A stretch of 63,976 nt of DNA, the filler included, from Sandaracinaceae bacterium (GTDB lineage Bacteria; Myxococcota_A; Polyangia; Polyangiales; JADJQN01): NCBI GenBank assembly GCA_947483975.1. It is 5 parts of 5 records of this genome, joined end to end, with 100 filler letters (N's around TTAATTAATTAA, not from the genome) between each part and the next. Parts side by side here need not be neighbours in the genome. Positions count along the whole stretch, not along the records: positions 40,135 to 53,304 come from CANKOL010000121.1; positions 53,405 to 63,976 come from CANKOL010000167.1; 3 more parts are not named here. One strand, given 5' to 3'. This document shows positions 48,747 through 58,503 of this stretch, piece by piece. The position numbers and the translations under genes were made by a program. The notes under the pieces were generated by a model. It saw only the letters and a program-made list of their open reading frames with translations. It made no database searches and was not told the origin of the DNA. Every line of letters begins with the position of its first letter. Within the stretch, counting starts at the first letter, position 1.

Positions 48747-50180
48747 ATGGCCCACGTAGACGAGTTGTCGGCGACGGATCGGGCGTTCCTCGACCTCGAG
48801 GGGCAGTTTCACGGCATGCACGTCGGTGCCGTCGTCGTCCTCGGGCCGAGCGATCTCATCGGCCCGGACGGCGCGGTGGACTTCGCTCGGCTCGCCGCGC
48901 TCGTCGGCGGCGGGCTCGACGCCGTGCCGCGCTTCCGGCAGAAGGTCGCGCGCATCCCGGGGCTCGGCGCGGGGTGGGTCGATGACCCCGACTACCGCGT
49001 CGAGCATCATGTGCACCGCGCGGCGGTGCCGCGGCCGGGAGGCGACGCGGAGCTGTTCGCGCTCGCGGGGGCGTTGTTCTCGCGGGCGCTCGACGAGCGA
49101 CGCCCCCTCTGGGAGCTGTGGCTCGTCGAGGGGCTCGCGGGCGGGCGGCTCGCGCTCGTCGTGAAGGCGCATCACTCGCTCGTCGACGGCATCGGCGGGA
49201 TCGCGGTGCTCGCGTCCATCGCCCGCCCCTCACCCGAGGACAGCCGAGGCAGCCCGCGGGACTGGCAGGTCTCTCCGCCGACGCGCCTCGCCCTCGCGCG
49301 CGCGCTCGCCACGGCGCACCTGCATCACGCGGGCGACCTCGTGCGAGATCTGGGCGCGAGCCTCGCGGCGGGGCCCGCGGCGCTTGGTCCGGCGCGCGAC
49401 GTCGTCAAGGGGCTCGTCGGCACGCTGCGCACCGGGCTCAGCCCCGCGAGCGCGACGCTCCTCAACCCCCCGAAGGTCGGGCCGACGCGCAGCTTCGCGG
49501 GCTTGCGCCTCGACCTCGCGCGCATCCGCACGATCCGCAAGGCGCTCGGCGGGACGGTCAACGACGTCGCGCTCGCGGTCGTCACGGGCGGACTGCGCCG
49601 CACGCTCGCGCGCATGGGCGACGACGTCGACGCGATTCGCTCGTTTCGCGCGCTCGTGCCCGTCAACCTGCGCGTGCGCACGGGCGAGGTCGGCATCGGG
49701 AATCACATCTCGCTCGTCCTCGCCGAGCTTCCGATCGCGGTGCCGGACGCGCGCGCGCGCTACGAGCGCGTCCGCACGAACATCGCCCGCCTCAAGCAAG
49801 AATCTCACGAGATCGAGGGCGCCGCGTACTTCGAGAAGCTCGCCGACCTCGGCGGACCGAACCTCGTCAGCATCACGTTCTCCATCGCCATGCGGCTGCG
49901 GGCGTTCAACGTCGTCGTGACCGATATGGCCGGGCCGCAAGCGCGCGTGTACGTCGCCCGCTCGCAGGTCGAGGCGCTCTATCCGCTCGTGCCGCTGTTC
50001 TCCCACCAAGCGATCGGCGTCGCGATCCTCGGCTACGCGGGGGCGCTGCACTTCGGGCTCCAAGCGGACGAGGCCGTCGTGCCCGACCTCGACCTCGTGT
50101 GCCGCGACTTCGAGGCCTGCTTCGACGAGCTCTGCGAGGTCGCCGCGGCGAGCGCCTCGGCCGTCTCCGCGCAGAACTGA
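48747..50180 (+). CDS. Wax ester synthase / diacylglycerol acyltransferase (WS/DGAT)
   Basis: LSATDRAFL, LDERRPLWE, HHSLVDG catalytic motif, GTVNDVAL, VPVNLR. Confidence 0.9.
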   Translation: MAHVDELSATDRAFLDLEGQFHGMHVGAVVVLGPSDLIGPDGAVDFARLAALVGGGLDAVPRFRQKVARIPGLGAGWVDDPDYRVEHHVHRAAVPRPGGDAELFALAGALFSRALDERRPLWELWLVEGLAGGRLALVVKAHHSLVDGIGGIAVLASIARPSPEDSRGSPRDWQVSPPTRLALARALATAHLHHAGDLVRDLGASLAAGPAALGPARDVVKGLVGTLRTGLSPASATLLNPPKVGPTRSFAGLRLDLARIRTIRKALGGTVNDVALAVVTGGLRRTLARMGDDVDAIRSFRALVPVNLRVRTGEVGIGNHISLVLAELPIAVPDARARYERVRTNIARLKQESHEIEGAAYFEKLADLGGPNLVSITFSIAMRLRAFNVVVTDMAGPQARVYVARSQVEALYPLVPLFSHQAIGVAILGYAGALHFGLQADEAVVPDLDLVCRDFEACFDELCEVAAASASAVSAQN

Positions 50181-50230
50181 GCCGGGGGCGGGCGCGCGTC
50201 TGTCACCGCGCGCGCCTGCCGCAGAGCCCC

Positions 50231-50686
50231 TCAGGTCGCGCGGGCGGCGCGCGGGTCAGGCGGTGGCGGGCCGATCATCGGGCCCATCTGCTGACGCATG
50301 CGCTCGCTCCACGGACACGGCGTGTTGGTCGCCGGGTCGAGGCGCACGAGGCGCGTCGTCGAGTCTGCGTAGACCTCGCTGCCGTGCTTGCCGCGCACCT
50401 GCGCCGCGATCACGAGGCTCGTCGTGCCGAGGTGAATCGGCGTCAGCTCGATGTGCAGCTCGCCCTCGCCGCGCACGGGCTGCAGGTAGCGAATGTGGTG
50501 CTCGGCGACGACGTGGAATTTGTCCGGGTTGACGCTGACGTCGTGCTCCCAGAGAAAGCCGAGCGCCTGAAAGAGCTCGCCGCGCGCGCGCTCGATGAAG
50601 AGCAAGAAGCGGACGTTGTGGAGGATGTTGAGGGCGTCGAGATCATCGAAATAGACGCGCTGCACGGAGCGGTACGGGGACTTCAT
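50231..50686 (-). CDS. Acyl-CoA thioesterase (4HBT family)
   Basis: VYFDDLDALNILHNVRFLLFIERAR; coupled to the upstream gene (ATGA overlap). Confidence 0.85.
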   Translation of the reverse strand: MKSPYRSVQRVYFDDLDALNILHNVRFLLFIERARGELFQALGFLWEHDVSVNPDKFHVVAEHHIRYLQPVRGEGELHIELTPIHLGTTSLVIAAQVRGKHGSEVYADSTTRLVRLDPATNTPCPWSERMRQQMGPMIGPPPPDPRAARAT

Positions 50687-51300
50687 CGTGCGGGAGGTGT
50701 AGCCGTGTTCTTCTTGAGCTGCAGCAGGAGCGGCGACTCGAGGTACGTCTTCGCGGCGCTCATGCCGGAGACGCCGCCCGACACGATGAAGGTCATGAAC
50801 TCCGCGCCGTCGGCGTCGATCGTCTCGACGCGCTCGCGCGGCACGACGAGGACGTTGCCCGCGAAATTGTAGGACTGCGGCAGGTACACGGCGACGTGCC
50901 CGGCGAGGCGCGCGTCGTCGAAGCGCTCGCACGTCACGAAGCCGAGCATCCGCACGATGCCCGCGTCGTCGAGGCGCACGAGCACGGGCTTGTCGAAGGT
51001 GCGCTTGTCGCCGACGAACGCGCCCATCAGGTCCTTGATCGACGTGAAGAGCAGCCGCACGACGGGGAGCTTGCGCAGGAGCTGCTCGATCCATTCGATC
51101 ACGCGCCGCCCGACGACGTTGGAGGCGATCCAGCCGATGCCGGCGATGACGAGCACGGCGAGCCCGATGCCGAGCCCGGGGATGGGCAGCGGCAGGAGGG
51201 AGTCCATCTTCTGCAGCGTGAACCACACGACGTAGACGGTCGTGACGGTCGGCACGAGCACCAAACAGCCCTTGAGAAAGTTGTCGACGAGCCGCTTCAT
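50683..51300 (-). CDS. DUF502-domain membrane protein
   Basis: FLKGCLVLVP, LPVVRLLFTSIK, LGFVT, VYLPQSYNFAG, FIVSGG. Confidence 0.85.
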   Translation of the reverse strand: MKRLVDNFLKGCLVLVPTVTTVYVVWFTLQKMDSLLPLPIPGLGIGLAVLVIAGIGWIASNVVGRRVIEWIEQLLRKLPVVRLLFTSIKDLMGAFVGDKRTFDKPVLVRLDDAGIVRMLGFVTCERFDDARLAGHVAVYLPQSYNFAGNVLVVPRERVETIDADGAEFMTFIVSGGVSGMSAAKTYLESPLLLQLKKNTATPPAR

Positions 51301-51378
51301 GGAGCCTCCGCGCGGGCAGCATAGCCGCGCTTCGCCGGGCTCGTGACAGGGGAGGGCGCGCGACGCACGCTTGCTCGC

Positions 51379-53118
51379 GTGAAGAGACAGCCCCCCGGCG
51401 CGCCCGGCGACGAGATCGAGGTCTACATCCGCACGTACACGTCGCTGCTGCGCTCGAGCGGCGAGGTGCCGGTGCGCGCGTTCGAGGAGGCGCACGAGTT
51501 CAGCGACGCGAGCCTGCACTCGGGGGCGCGCGAGGCTCGCCCCGATGTGGCCGCGTTCGCGTACGCGGCGGCGCGGCTCCCCGCGCAGATCGCGTTCGCG
51601 CGGATCGTCGTGATGGGGCAGTCGCACGAGCAGTTCGCGGCGGCGGGGTTCGACGTGCGCGGGGAGGACTGGAAGCGCGTGACGACGCGTGGGCGGCGCC
51701 GCCCGCTGCGCTGGGACGGCGTGGGCTCGCTGGCGGCGTTCGTCACGAGCAAGAGCGACATCGACGACCTCGTGCCGATCCTGACCGCGTATCAGATCGA
51801 GTGGAACAAGATGCACGCGCTGCTCGGCGGCGACGACCTCGGGCGCGCGATGGCCGCCGCCCCGGCAGACGCGCCCCTCGCGCCGGACGCTGCGGCGCTC
51901 GCCGGGCCGCTCGACCTCACGCCCGATCAGCTGAGCACGCTGCTCGCGGCGCTCGGCGCGGAGTGGCCCGCCGCGCTCCGAGAGATCGCGCGCCGCCCGT
52001 CGGACCTCGTCGTGCGCCTGCTCAACGCGGGCTTCATCGAGTATCAGCGCGCGGCGATGCGCTGGTGGAGCGGCATCGAGCCCGCGTATCTGCGCAGCAC
52101 GCGCCCGCGGCGCGCGCCGGTGTACTTCGTCTCGTCGAACACGCACTCGCTCGTCAACGTCGTCGGCGGCTACGCGCTCGCGCATCGGCAAGAGATCCTC
52201 GACTTCGCGCAGCGTCGAAATCCGGAGGGGCTCGCGGAGCCGCTCGAGCGCGCCATCGCGACGGGCGACGAGCACGAGGCTGCGAACATCGCGTATTACC
52301 TGCTGCGCGCGTTTCTCCACGACGACGACGGACACGTCCAAGAGCGCCTCGCGACGGTGCAGCGCTTCGACTCCGAGAGCGGCATCTCGTCGATCGAGAG
52401 CCCCGGGCGCATCGACGTCGGCGCGCAGTTGGTGCGGCTCTCCTCGCTGCGCGAGGACCGCCTCGACCCGCGCGCGCGAGTGCCCGGGATGGCGCTGCTC
52501 GCCGAGAGCGACGCCGTGATCGTCAACATCGACTATCCGCTCGGCATGGCGGCTTATCACCACCTCTCGCGCGTCGCGCAGGGAGTCGGAGAGCTGCGCG
52601 GCGTGTACGTGATGGGCAAGGGCGCGACGCTCAACGGGCGCGTCGGCGACGTGATGATCGCGACCAACGTCTACGACGAGCACTCGAAGAACACGTACCT
52701 GTTCCGCAACTGCTTCACGGCGAGCGATCTGCAGCCGTTCTTGCGGCGCGGCACGGTGCTCGATCATCAGAAGGCGCTGACCGTGCGCGGCACTTTTCAG
52801 CAGAACCGCGCGTATCTCGGCGCGTTCTACGCCGACGGCTACACCGTGCTCGAGATGGAGGCGGGGCCGTATTTGTCCGCGATCTACGAGGTCGTCAGCC
52901 CGGACCGGCATCCCAACGACGAGATCTCGCACCTCTCGAGCCGCACGCCGTTCGACGTCGGGATTCTGCACTACGCGTCGGATACACCGTATTCGCGGCG
53001 GCAGAGCCTGCTCTCGAAGAGCCTCAGCTACTTCGGCGTGGAGGCGACGTACGCGTGCACGAACGCGATCCTGCGCCGCATCCTGCAGCAAGAAGTGGCG
53101 CGGCTGAGCGCGCGCTGA
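51379..53118 (+). CDS. Conserved hypothetical protein (DUF6909-like) with C-terminal nucleoside phosphorylase/nucleosidase-like motifs
   Basis: GVYVMGKGATLNG.VGDVMI, VLEMEAGPY and HYASD resemble PNP/AMP-nucleosidase fold motifs. Confidence 0.6.
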   Translation: MKRQPPGAPGDEIEVYIRTYTSLLRSSGEVPVRAFEEAHEFSDASLHSGAREARPDVAAFAYAAARLPAQIAFARIVVMGQSHEQFAAAGFDVRGEDWKRVTTRGRRRPLRWDGVGSLAAFVTSKSDIDDLVPILTAYQIEWNKMHALLGGDDLGRAMAAAPADAPLAPDAAALAGPLDLTPDQLSTLLAALGAEWPAALREIARRPSDLVVRLLNAGFIEYQRAAMRWWSGIEPAYLRSTRPRRAPVYFVSSNTHSLVNVVGGYALAHRQEILDFAQRRNPEGLAEPLERAIATGDEHEAANIAYYLLRAFLHDDDGHVQERLATVQRFDSESGISSIESPGRIDVGAQLVRLSSLREDRLDPRARVPGMALLAESDAVIVNIDYPLGMAAYHHLSRVAQGVGELRGVYVMGKGATLNGRVGDVMIATNVYDEHSKNTYLFRNCFTASDLQPFLRRGTVLDHQKALTVRGTFQQNRAYLGAFYADGYTVLEMEAGPYLSAIYEVVSPDRHPNDEISHLSSRTPFDVGILHYASDTPYSRRQSLLSKSLSYFGVEATYACTNAILRRILQQEVARLSAR

Positions 53119-53160
53119 CGTTCACGCGCGCGGGTGAACTTGGTAGTCTCCGCGGTCATG

Positions 53161-53304
53161 GTGCGTCGTGACGAAAGCAACCCGAAGCCTCCGGGCGGAG
53201 GAGCGCGATCACGCTGCGTCTTTCCAGCGGGTGCAAATCCCGCCTCGGTAAGCGTCGGAGCGCCGAGTAGCAGGCCCCAGGTGTCCGGGAGAGATCCTGG
53301 CATC
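53161..53304 (+). ncRNA. Probable 5' end (domain I) of a group II intron, truncated by contig end
   Basis: Starts GTGCGTCGTG (GUGYG boundary); stem-loop GCGGG-TGCAAAT-CCCGC followed by GGTAAG; non-coding; the contig breaks inside it. Confidence 0.6.
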
Positions 53305-53404
53305 NNNNNNNNNNNNNNNNNNNNNNNNNNNNNNNNNNNNNNNNNNNNTTAATTAATTAANNNNNNNNNNNNNNNNNNNNNNNNNNNNNNNNNNNNNNNN
53401 NNNN
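53305..53404. other. Artificial contig spacer
   Basis: N run with TTAATTAATTAA. Confidence 0.99.
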
Positions 53405-53405
53405 C

Positions 53406-54785
53406 GGCGGGCACGGCGAGGTGCGGCGCCCGGGTGAGCCCGCCGTCCCCGTCGCGCTCGGCGCGCCGCACCACTCGGACGACGCCGGCAGCGCGCCGCT
53501 CCTCGTGCTGGTGGCACAGCGACCGATGATCGCGGCGCCCCCAACCTTGGACGGTGGCCTCCGGCCGCTCGACGACGTCACGCCGACGGCGCCGGGCGCC
53601 TCGACGCGGCGGACGATCCCGTTCGGGCACGCCGGCGGCTTCCAGCCCGCGCTGATCGCGGCTGGCTCGACCCGCGAGGAGTCGCAGGAGGTGATCGACG
53701 CCCTGACGCGGGTGCTCGACTTCCGCCGCTGCCGCCCCGAGGACCAGCTGACCTACGAGCGGGACGGCGCCGGCAAGCTGATGCGCTTCGAGTACCGCGC
53801 CGACCGCACGCACGTCTACGAGGCGGTCCGCGGCAGCGCGGGCACGCTCGTCGGGCGGCAGGTCGAGGTGCCGATCCAGCGCACTCGCGTCACCAAGGGG
53901 GGGTACGTCGGGGGCTCGCTCGGGGACGCGCTCGACCACAACGGCCTCGGGCGCTCGCTCGTCGGCGTCTTCGTCGACACCTTCTCGAGCGTCGTGAACT
54001 TCGGCACGCAGACGCGGAGCGGCGACGCCTTCCGCGTCATCGTCGACGAGGAGCGCATCGACGGGGAGTTCCTGCGCTACGGGCAGGTGTACGCGCTCGA
54101 GTACACCGGGGCGCGCTCCGGGGCCCACCAGGCGTTCTTCTACACGCCGCACGACGCCGAGGGAGACTTCTTCGACGAGACGGGGCGCTCGATGCACGGC
54201 GGCTGGCTGCGGACGCCGGTCGCATACGACCACCTCTCGTCGCCCTTCGACCCGCACCGGATGCACCCGGTGCTGCACCGGGTCATGCCGCACAACGGGC
54301 TCGACTTCGCGGCGAGCAGCGGCACCCCCGTGTGGGCGGCGGCCGAGGGCACGATCATCTGGGCGGGCGAGAAGGGCGCGAACGGCAACCTGATCGGCAT
54401 CCGGCACGCCGACGGTTTCGAGTCGTATTACGCGCACTTGTCCCGCATCGAGCGCGGCATCCACGTGGGCGTCGAGGTCCGGCAGCGGCAGCTGATCGGC
54501 GCCGTCGGCACGACGGGGCGCTCGACGGGCCCGCACCTACACTTCGGCCTCAAGCGGCGCGGGGCGTTCGTGGACCCCGCCCGTCACCTCAACGGCCCCG
54601 GGCGGATGATGGCCGCCGCCGCCCTGCCCGCCTTCCGTCGGAGCGCCCGGGAGCTCGGCGCGGAGCTCGGGCGCATCCCGCTCGCCCCGGCGCCCGCCTC
54701 CGCGAACGCGCCGACCCCGGCGGGGGGCGACGGCTTCGGCGACGAAGAAGAGGTCGACGTCCCGACCCCGCCCCGGCGGCACTGA
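53406..54785 (+). CDS. M23-family peptidoglycan DD-metalloendopeptidase (MepM-like), 5'-truncated
   Basis: RMHPVL...HNGLDF, YAHLS, GRSTGPHLHF. Confidence 0.9.
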   Translation, partial: GGHGEVRRPGEPAVPVALGAPHHSDDAGSAPLLVLVAQRPMIAAPPTLDGGLRPLDDVTPTAPGASTRRTIPFGHAGGFQPALIAAGSTREESQEVIDALTRVLDFRRCRPEDQLTYERDGAGKLMRFEYRADRTHVYEAVRGSAGTLVGRQVEVPIQRTRVTKGGYVGGSLGDALDHNGLGRSLVGVFVDTFSSVVNFGTQTRSGDAFRVIVDEERIDGEFLRYGQVYALEYTGARSGAHQAFFYTPHDAEGDFFDETGRSMHGGWLRTPVAYDHLSSPFDPHRMHPVLHRVMPHNGLDFAASSGTPVWAAAEGTIIWAGEKGANGNLIGIRHADGFESYYAHLSRIERGIHVGVEVRQRQLIGAVGTTGRSTGPHLHFGLKRRGAFVDPARHLNGPGRMMAAAALPAFRRSARELGAELGRIPLAPAPASANAPTPAGGDGFGDEEEVDVPTPPRRH

Positions 54786-54881
54786 CCTCGATCGTCGGGC
54801 GAGGCAAGGTGCGCGCTGGCGTTCTCCGGGGGCGCGGTCTAGTCTCCGCGCGCCGCGCGCCCTAGCCGGCGAGAGCTTCGA

Positions 54882-57320
54882 ATGAGCCGAGAAAGACTAC
54901 GAGCTTCGGTCGCAACCGCGTTCGCCTTCACCGCGGTGGGCGTCATCCTCTTCGTGGGGCTCTCGTCCTTCGGGATCTGGGACCCGTGGGAGCTGAACGC
55001 CGCCGACGAGGCGCGCACGTTGTCAGAAGGAGGCGCCGTCACGCTGACGGAGCCGCCGGTGACCGCGCACCTCGTCGCGTGGGGCTTCCGCACCTTCGGC
55101 GTGCACGAGTGGGCGGGCCGGCTGCCGATGAGCCTGGCTGGGCTGCTCGCGCTCGGGCTCGGCTTCCTGCTGGTGTGGCGCTTCGCCGGGCTCCGGGCGG
55201 GCGCGTACACCGTCCTCGTCGCCGGCACGACGCCGCTGTTCCTGTTCAACGCTCGGCAGATGCTTGGGCACGCCCCGACGCTCGCCGCGCAGACGCTCGT
55301 CGGGCTCGCCGCGGCGTTCGCGGTGTTCCTGCCCTCCTCGGAGAAGGCCGCCCCGCAGCGCCGGACGATCGACACCGCGCTCTGGCTCGCGCTCCTCGGC
55401 GTCGCGGTCCTGCTCGCGGCCAAGACGGGCGGCGTGCTCGTCGGCGTGCTGCCGCCGCTCGCCGCGGTCGCCATCGCCGCCGGGATCGACGGCGCGCTCC
55501 TGCGGCCGAAGACCGACCTCCGCCGCGCCATCGCCGGCTACGTGGTCGTCGCGCTGACGGTCGCCCTCGCGGCGCTGGTCGTGCGCGCCGTCTTCGCGGA
55601 TCAAGCGGGCTACACCGACTGGGTCGGCGGCACCCCGCGCGGCGGGACGGCGCCGACCTTCGACCGCGCCATCGACTCGCTCTTTCACGCGTTCGCTCCG
55701 TGGAGCGCGGTGCTGCCGCTCGCCATCGGCGCGATGCTGATCGGCACGCGCGCCCCCCGCGCGGGTGACGCCCCCGTGGTGCGCGACGGCGGCACGATGT
55801 TCCCCGGCACCGAAGAGCGGGCGCTGCGCCTCGTGCTCGTGCTCTGGACGACCTTCGGCTACGGCGCGGAGACGCTCTTCGAGTCCCGCTACGGCGCGAC
55901 GACCTTCATGCCGGTGCTCGCCGCGGGCGCGATCGTCGCGCTCTTTCTCCGCGACCTCGAGCGGAGCGGGCGCGGCTCCTGGGCCGCCGGGCTCACCGTC
56001 GCCCTGCTCGCCGGGCTGATCCTCCGCGACTACGCGCTCTACCCCGGCACCCCGATCGAGGGCCTCGCGGCCGGCGACATCACGGTGCCCGAGGTCTTCA
56101 ACGTCTCTACAGGCTCCCTCGCCGCGCCGAAGCGCGCCTGGGCCGTCGTCATCCTGCTCTTCGCCGGGCTCGCGTTCTTCGGCATCGGCGCGAACGCCGA
56201 GGAGACCCCGCTCGACCTGCTCGCGCCGTACCGCATGGTCCGGGCGCAGTGGAAGAAGCCCCTCGGCTACAAGCTCTGGCTGGTCTTCTTCGCGGTGCTG
56301 CTGCTCGCGGTGCTCGTCTTCGGCGGGCTCTGCGCGCTGGTCGGCCCGCGCCTCGGGCTGACGTCGATCGTCGTCAAGGTCGGCAAGCGCCTGCTGCTGC
56401 TGCCGCTCCTCGTGCCCGTCGGCGCGCTCGCCGCGCAGGTCCTGCCGTGGACGGCGGCGCGGCTCGGGCAGCTGCGCCTCTGGCCGATGCTCTTCGCGGC
56501 GGCGCTGTTCGGCGCGTACGCGTCGCAGGGCTTTCTGCCGGCGCTCTCTTCGCACCTCTCCCCGCGCGAGGTCTACGACACGTACAACGCCGCGGCGCGC
56601 CCCGGGGAGCCCCTCGCCGAGTACCGCGTCGGCGGGCGCTCCGCGACGTACTACGCGCGCGGCGAGGTCCGGGAGATCACGAGCCAGCCGCTGCTGCTCG
56701 CCTACCTCGCCGAGTCGGGGCGCCGCTGGGCCGCCTTCCCCGCGGACGAGCTTCCGGCGATCGACCGCGCCTTCCGGCAGCGCACGCAGCGCCACCTCTT
56801 CGTCGCCGACGCCCGCAGCGCGCGCGTCGTGCTCGCCGCGAACGAGCCGGTGACGGGCCAAGAGAACCAGAACTTCCTCGCGAAGTACGTCCTCGCCGCG
56901 CCGCCCCGCATGCAGCACCCCGTGGGCGCGTCCTTCGACGACAAGATCGAGCTGGTCGGCTACGACCTCGAGCTGCCGCACGGCAGCTACGTCGGCGCGG
57001 GCGAGTCCTTCAAGATCACCTGGTACTGGCGCGCGCTCCGCGCCGTGCCGGGCGGCTATCAGATCTTCCTCCACATCGACGGCCAAGGGCAGCGCCTCAA
57101 CGGCGACCACGAGCCCGTCGACGGCAAGTACCCGACGCGCCTCTGGGACGTCGGCGACGTCGTCGTGGACGAGCAGACGCTCTCGGTGCCCGCCAACTAC
57201 CGCCCCGGCGAGTACACGCTGTTCATCGGCTTCTACAGCGGCGAGACGCGCCTCTCGATCGTGCGCGGCCCGAAGGACGACGCCAACCGTGTCCCCGCGG
57301 GCATCGTGCGTGTACGCTGA
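54882..57320 (+). CDS. ArnT/PMT-like (GT-C) membrane glycosyltransferase with C-terminal periplasmic beta domain
   Basis: GIWDPWE, EPP...FGVHEWAGRLP; more than 12 TM helices; C-terminal LVGYDL...FLHID...DHEP...W.VGD.V.D domain. Confidence 0.75.
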   Translation: MSRERLRASVATAFAFTAVGVILFVGLSSFGIWDPWELNAADEARTLSEGGAVTLTEPPVTAHLVAWGFRTFGVHEWAGRLPMSLAGLLALGLGFLLVWRFAGLRAGAYTVLVAGTTPLFLFNARQMLGHAPTLAAQTLVGLAAAFAVFLPSSEKAAPQRRTIDTALWLALLGVAVLLAAKTGGVLVGVLPPLAAVAIAAGIDGALLRPKTDLRRAIAGYVVVALTVALAALVVRAVFADQAGYTDWVGGTPRGGTAPTFDRAIDSLFHAFAPWSAVLPLAIGAMLIGTRAPRAGDAPVVRDGGTMFPGTEERALRLVLVLWTTFGYGAETLFESRYGATTFMPVLAAGAIVALFLRDLERSGRGSWAAGLTVALLAGLILRDYALYPGTPIEGLAAGDITVPEVFNVSTGSLAAPKRAWAVVILLFAGLAFFGIGANAEETPLDLLAPYRMVRAQWKKPLGYKLWLVFFAVLLLAVLVFGGLCALVGPRLGLTSIVVKVGKRLLLLPLLVPVGALAAQVLPWTAARLGQLRLWPMLFAAALFGAYASQGFLPALSSHLSPREVYDTYNAAARPGEPLAEYRVGGRSATYYARGEVREITSQPLLLAYLAESGRRWAAFPADELPAIDRAFRQRTQRHLFVADARSARVVLAANEPVTGQENQNFLAKYVLAAPPRMQHPVGASFDDKIELVGYDLELPHGSYVGAGESFKITWYWRALRAVPGGYQIFLHIDGQGQRLNGDHEPVDGKYPTRLWDVGDVVVDEQTLSVPANYRPGEYTLFIGFYSGETRLSIVRGPKDDANRVPAGIVRVR

Positions 57321-57325
57321 GCGCC

Positions 57326-57721
57326 ATGACCGACGACGGCGACAACGGACGTGACTCAGGCGCCGACCGACGCAGCCACGAGCGCTTCGACACGTCGATC
57401 CAGGTGGACTACGCGAGCGGAGAGACGTTCCTCTTCTCGTACATCACCAACATCAGCGAGATGGGCATCTTCATCCGCTCCGACGCGCCCGCGCCGCGCG
57501 GCGCCGTGCTGACGCTGCGCTTCGGCGCACCGGGCGGCTCAGCGCTGGAGATCGTCGGCGAGGTCACCTGGGTGAACCGCGTGCGCCCCGACGGAGAGAA
57601 CCTCAACCCGGGCATGGGCGTGCGCTTCCGCGACCTCAGCCCGGAGGCGCGCGAGCAGGTCGTCGAGCTGGTGCGGACGATCGCGTACCTCCGCGACGAA
57701 GACACCAGCCAAGCCGACTGA
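57326..57721 (+). CDS. TIGR02266-type PilZ-domain protein
   Basis: DRRSHER (RxxxR), NISEMGIFIR (NxSxxG), GEVTWV, PGMGVRF. Confidence 0.85.
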   Translation: MTDDGDNGRDSGADRRSHERFDTSIQVDYASGETFLFSYITNISEMGIFIRSDAPAPRGAVLTLRFGAPGGSALEIVGEVTWVNRVRPDGENLNPGMGVRFRDLSPEAREQVVELVRTIAYLRDEDTSQAD

Positions 57722-57771
57722 GCGGCGCGCGCCGCCCACCGCGCGCGCTCACCGCACCCCGCCGACGCGCG

Positions 57772-58410
57772 TCAGGACGGCAGCGCGAAGTTCCAACGGG
57801 GCGCCGAGGAGCCACCCGTCAGCAACGGCGCCGCCGCGACGAGCCGCTCGGGCTCGAGCTCGAGGAGCCCGTCCGCCTCGTCGAGGAAGCACGCCACCGT
57901 CTCGAGCACGGTGAGGATGTTGGTGCGATCGTCGTACTCCTCCTCGTAGACGACAGGCATATCCACCCAGGCGATGCCGGACTCGACCGCGCCCCTGCAC
58001 GCCGCAGGGAGCGGCGGCGGTAGCCCGAGGAGCGCCTCGGAGAGCTGCGCGTACTCGCCCTCGCTCGCGTCGAAGGACACGCCCATCCCGCTGCGTCCGA
58101 CCTCGCCCCGGCGCCGCCCGAGCGACGCGCGCGCGACGCACGCGGTCAGCACGACGTCCACTGAGGCGCCCTGCCCTCCCGGCGGCGTCAGCGAGACGAG
58201 CAGCTCCGCGCCCGGCTCGAGCGGATAGATCGTCTCGATCCACGCGCCGAACGGCGAGAGATCCGTCAGCGTGTGCGTGACCGTGTCGTCGAACGCCTCC
58301 GCGAGGACCTCACACACCATCTGCACCGAGCGGCGCAGGGCGCGGCGATCTCCAGGCTGGACCTCGAGCGCACCGACGGTGCTGCTCGCGACAGGGCTTC
58401 TTGCGGTCAC
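57772..58410 (-). CDS. PilZ-domain protein
   Basis: RRALRR, DLSPFGAWI, GMGVSF; GGAGG RBS before GTG. Confidence 0.7.
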   Translation of the reverse strand: MTARSPVASSTVGALEVQPGDRRALRRSVQMVCEVLAEAFDDTVTHTLTDLSPFGAWIETIYPLEPGAELLVSLTPPGGQGASVDVVLTACVARASLGRRRGEVGRSGMGVSFDASEGEYAQLSEALLGLPPPLPAACRGAVESGIAWVDMPVVYEEEYDDRTNILTVLETVACFLDEADGLLELEPERLVAAAPLLTGGSSAPRWNFALPS

Positions 58411-58503
58411 GACGTCCTCCGGGGGGTTGTTGCCTACATCCTACGACATAGGCGCCAGCTTCCCCAGAAACCGACGCGCGCGGACAGCGCGGCGGGGTCG
58501 CCG

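Noticed and set aside
53224..53250. Cobalamin riboswitch or tRNA suggested by GGTGCAAATCC
   Set aside because: It lacks the upstream AGGGAA and downstream GCnACTG B12-box elements and has no cloverleaf; the GTGCG start fits a group II intron better.
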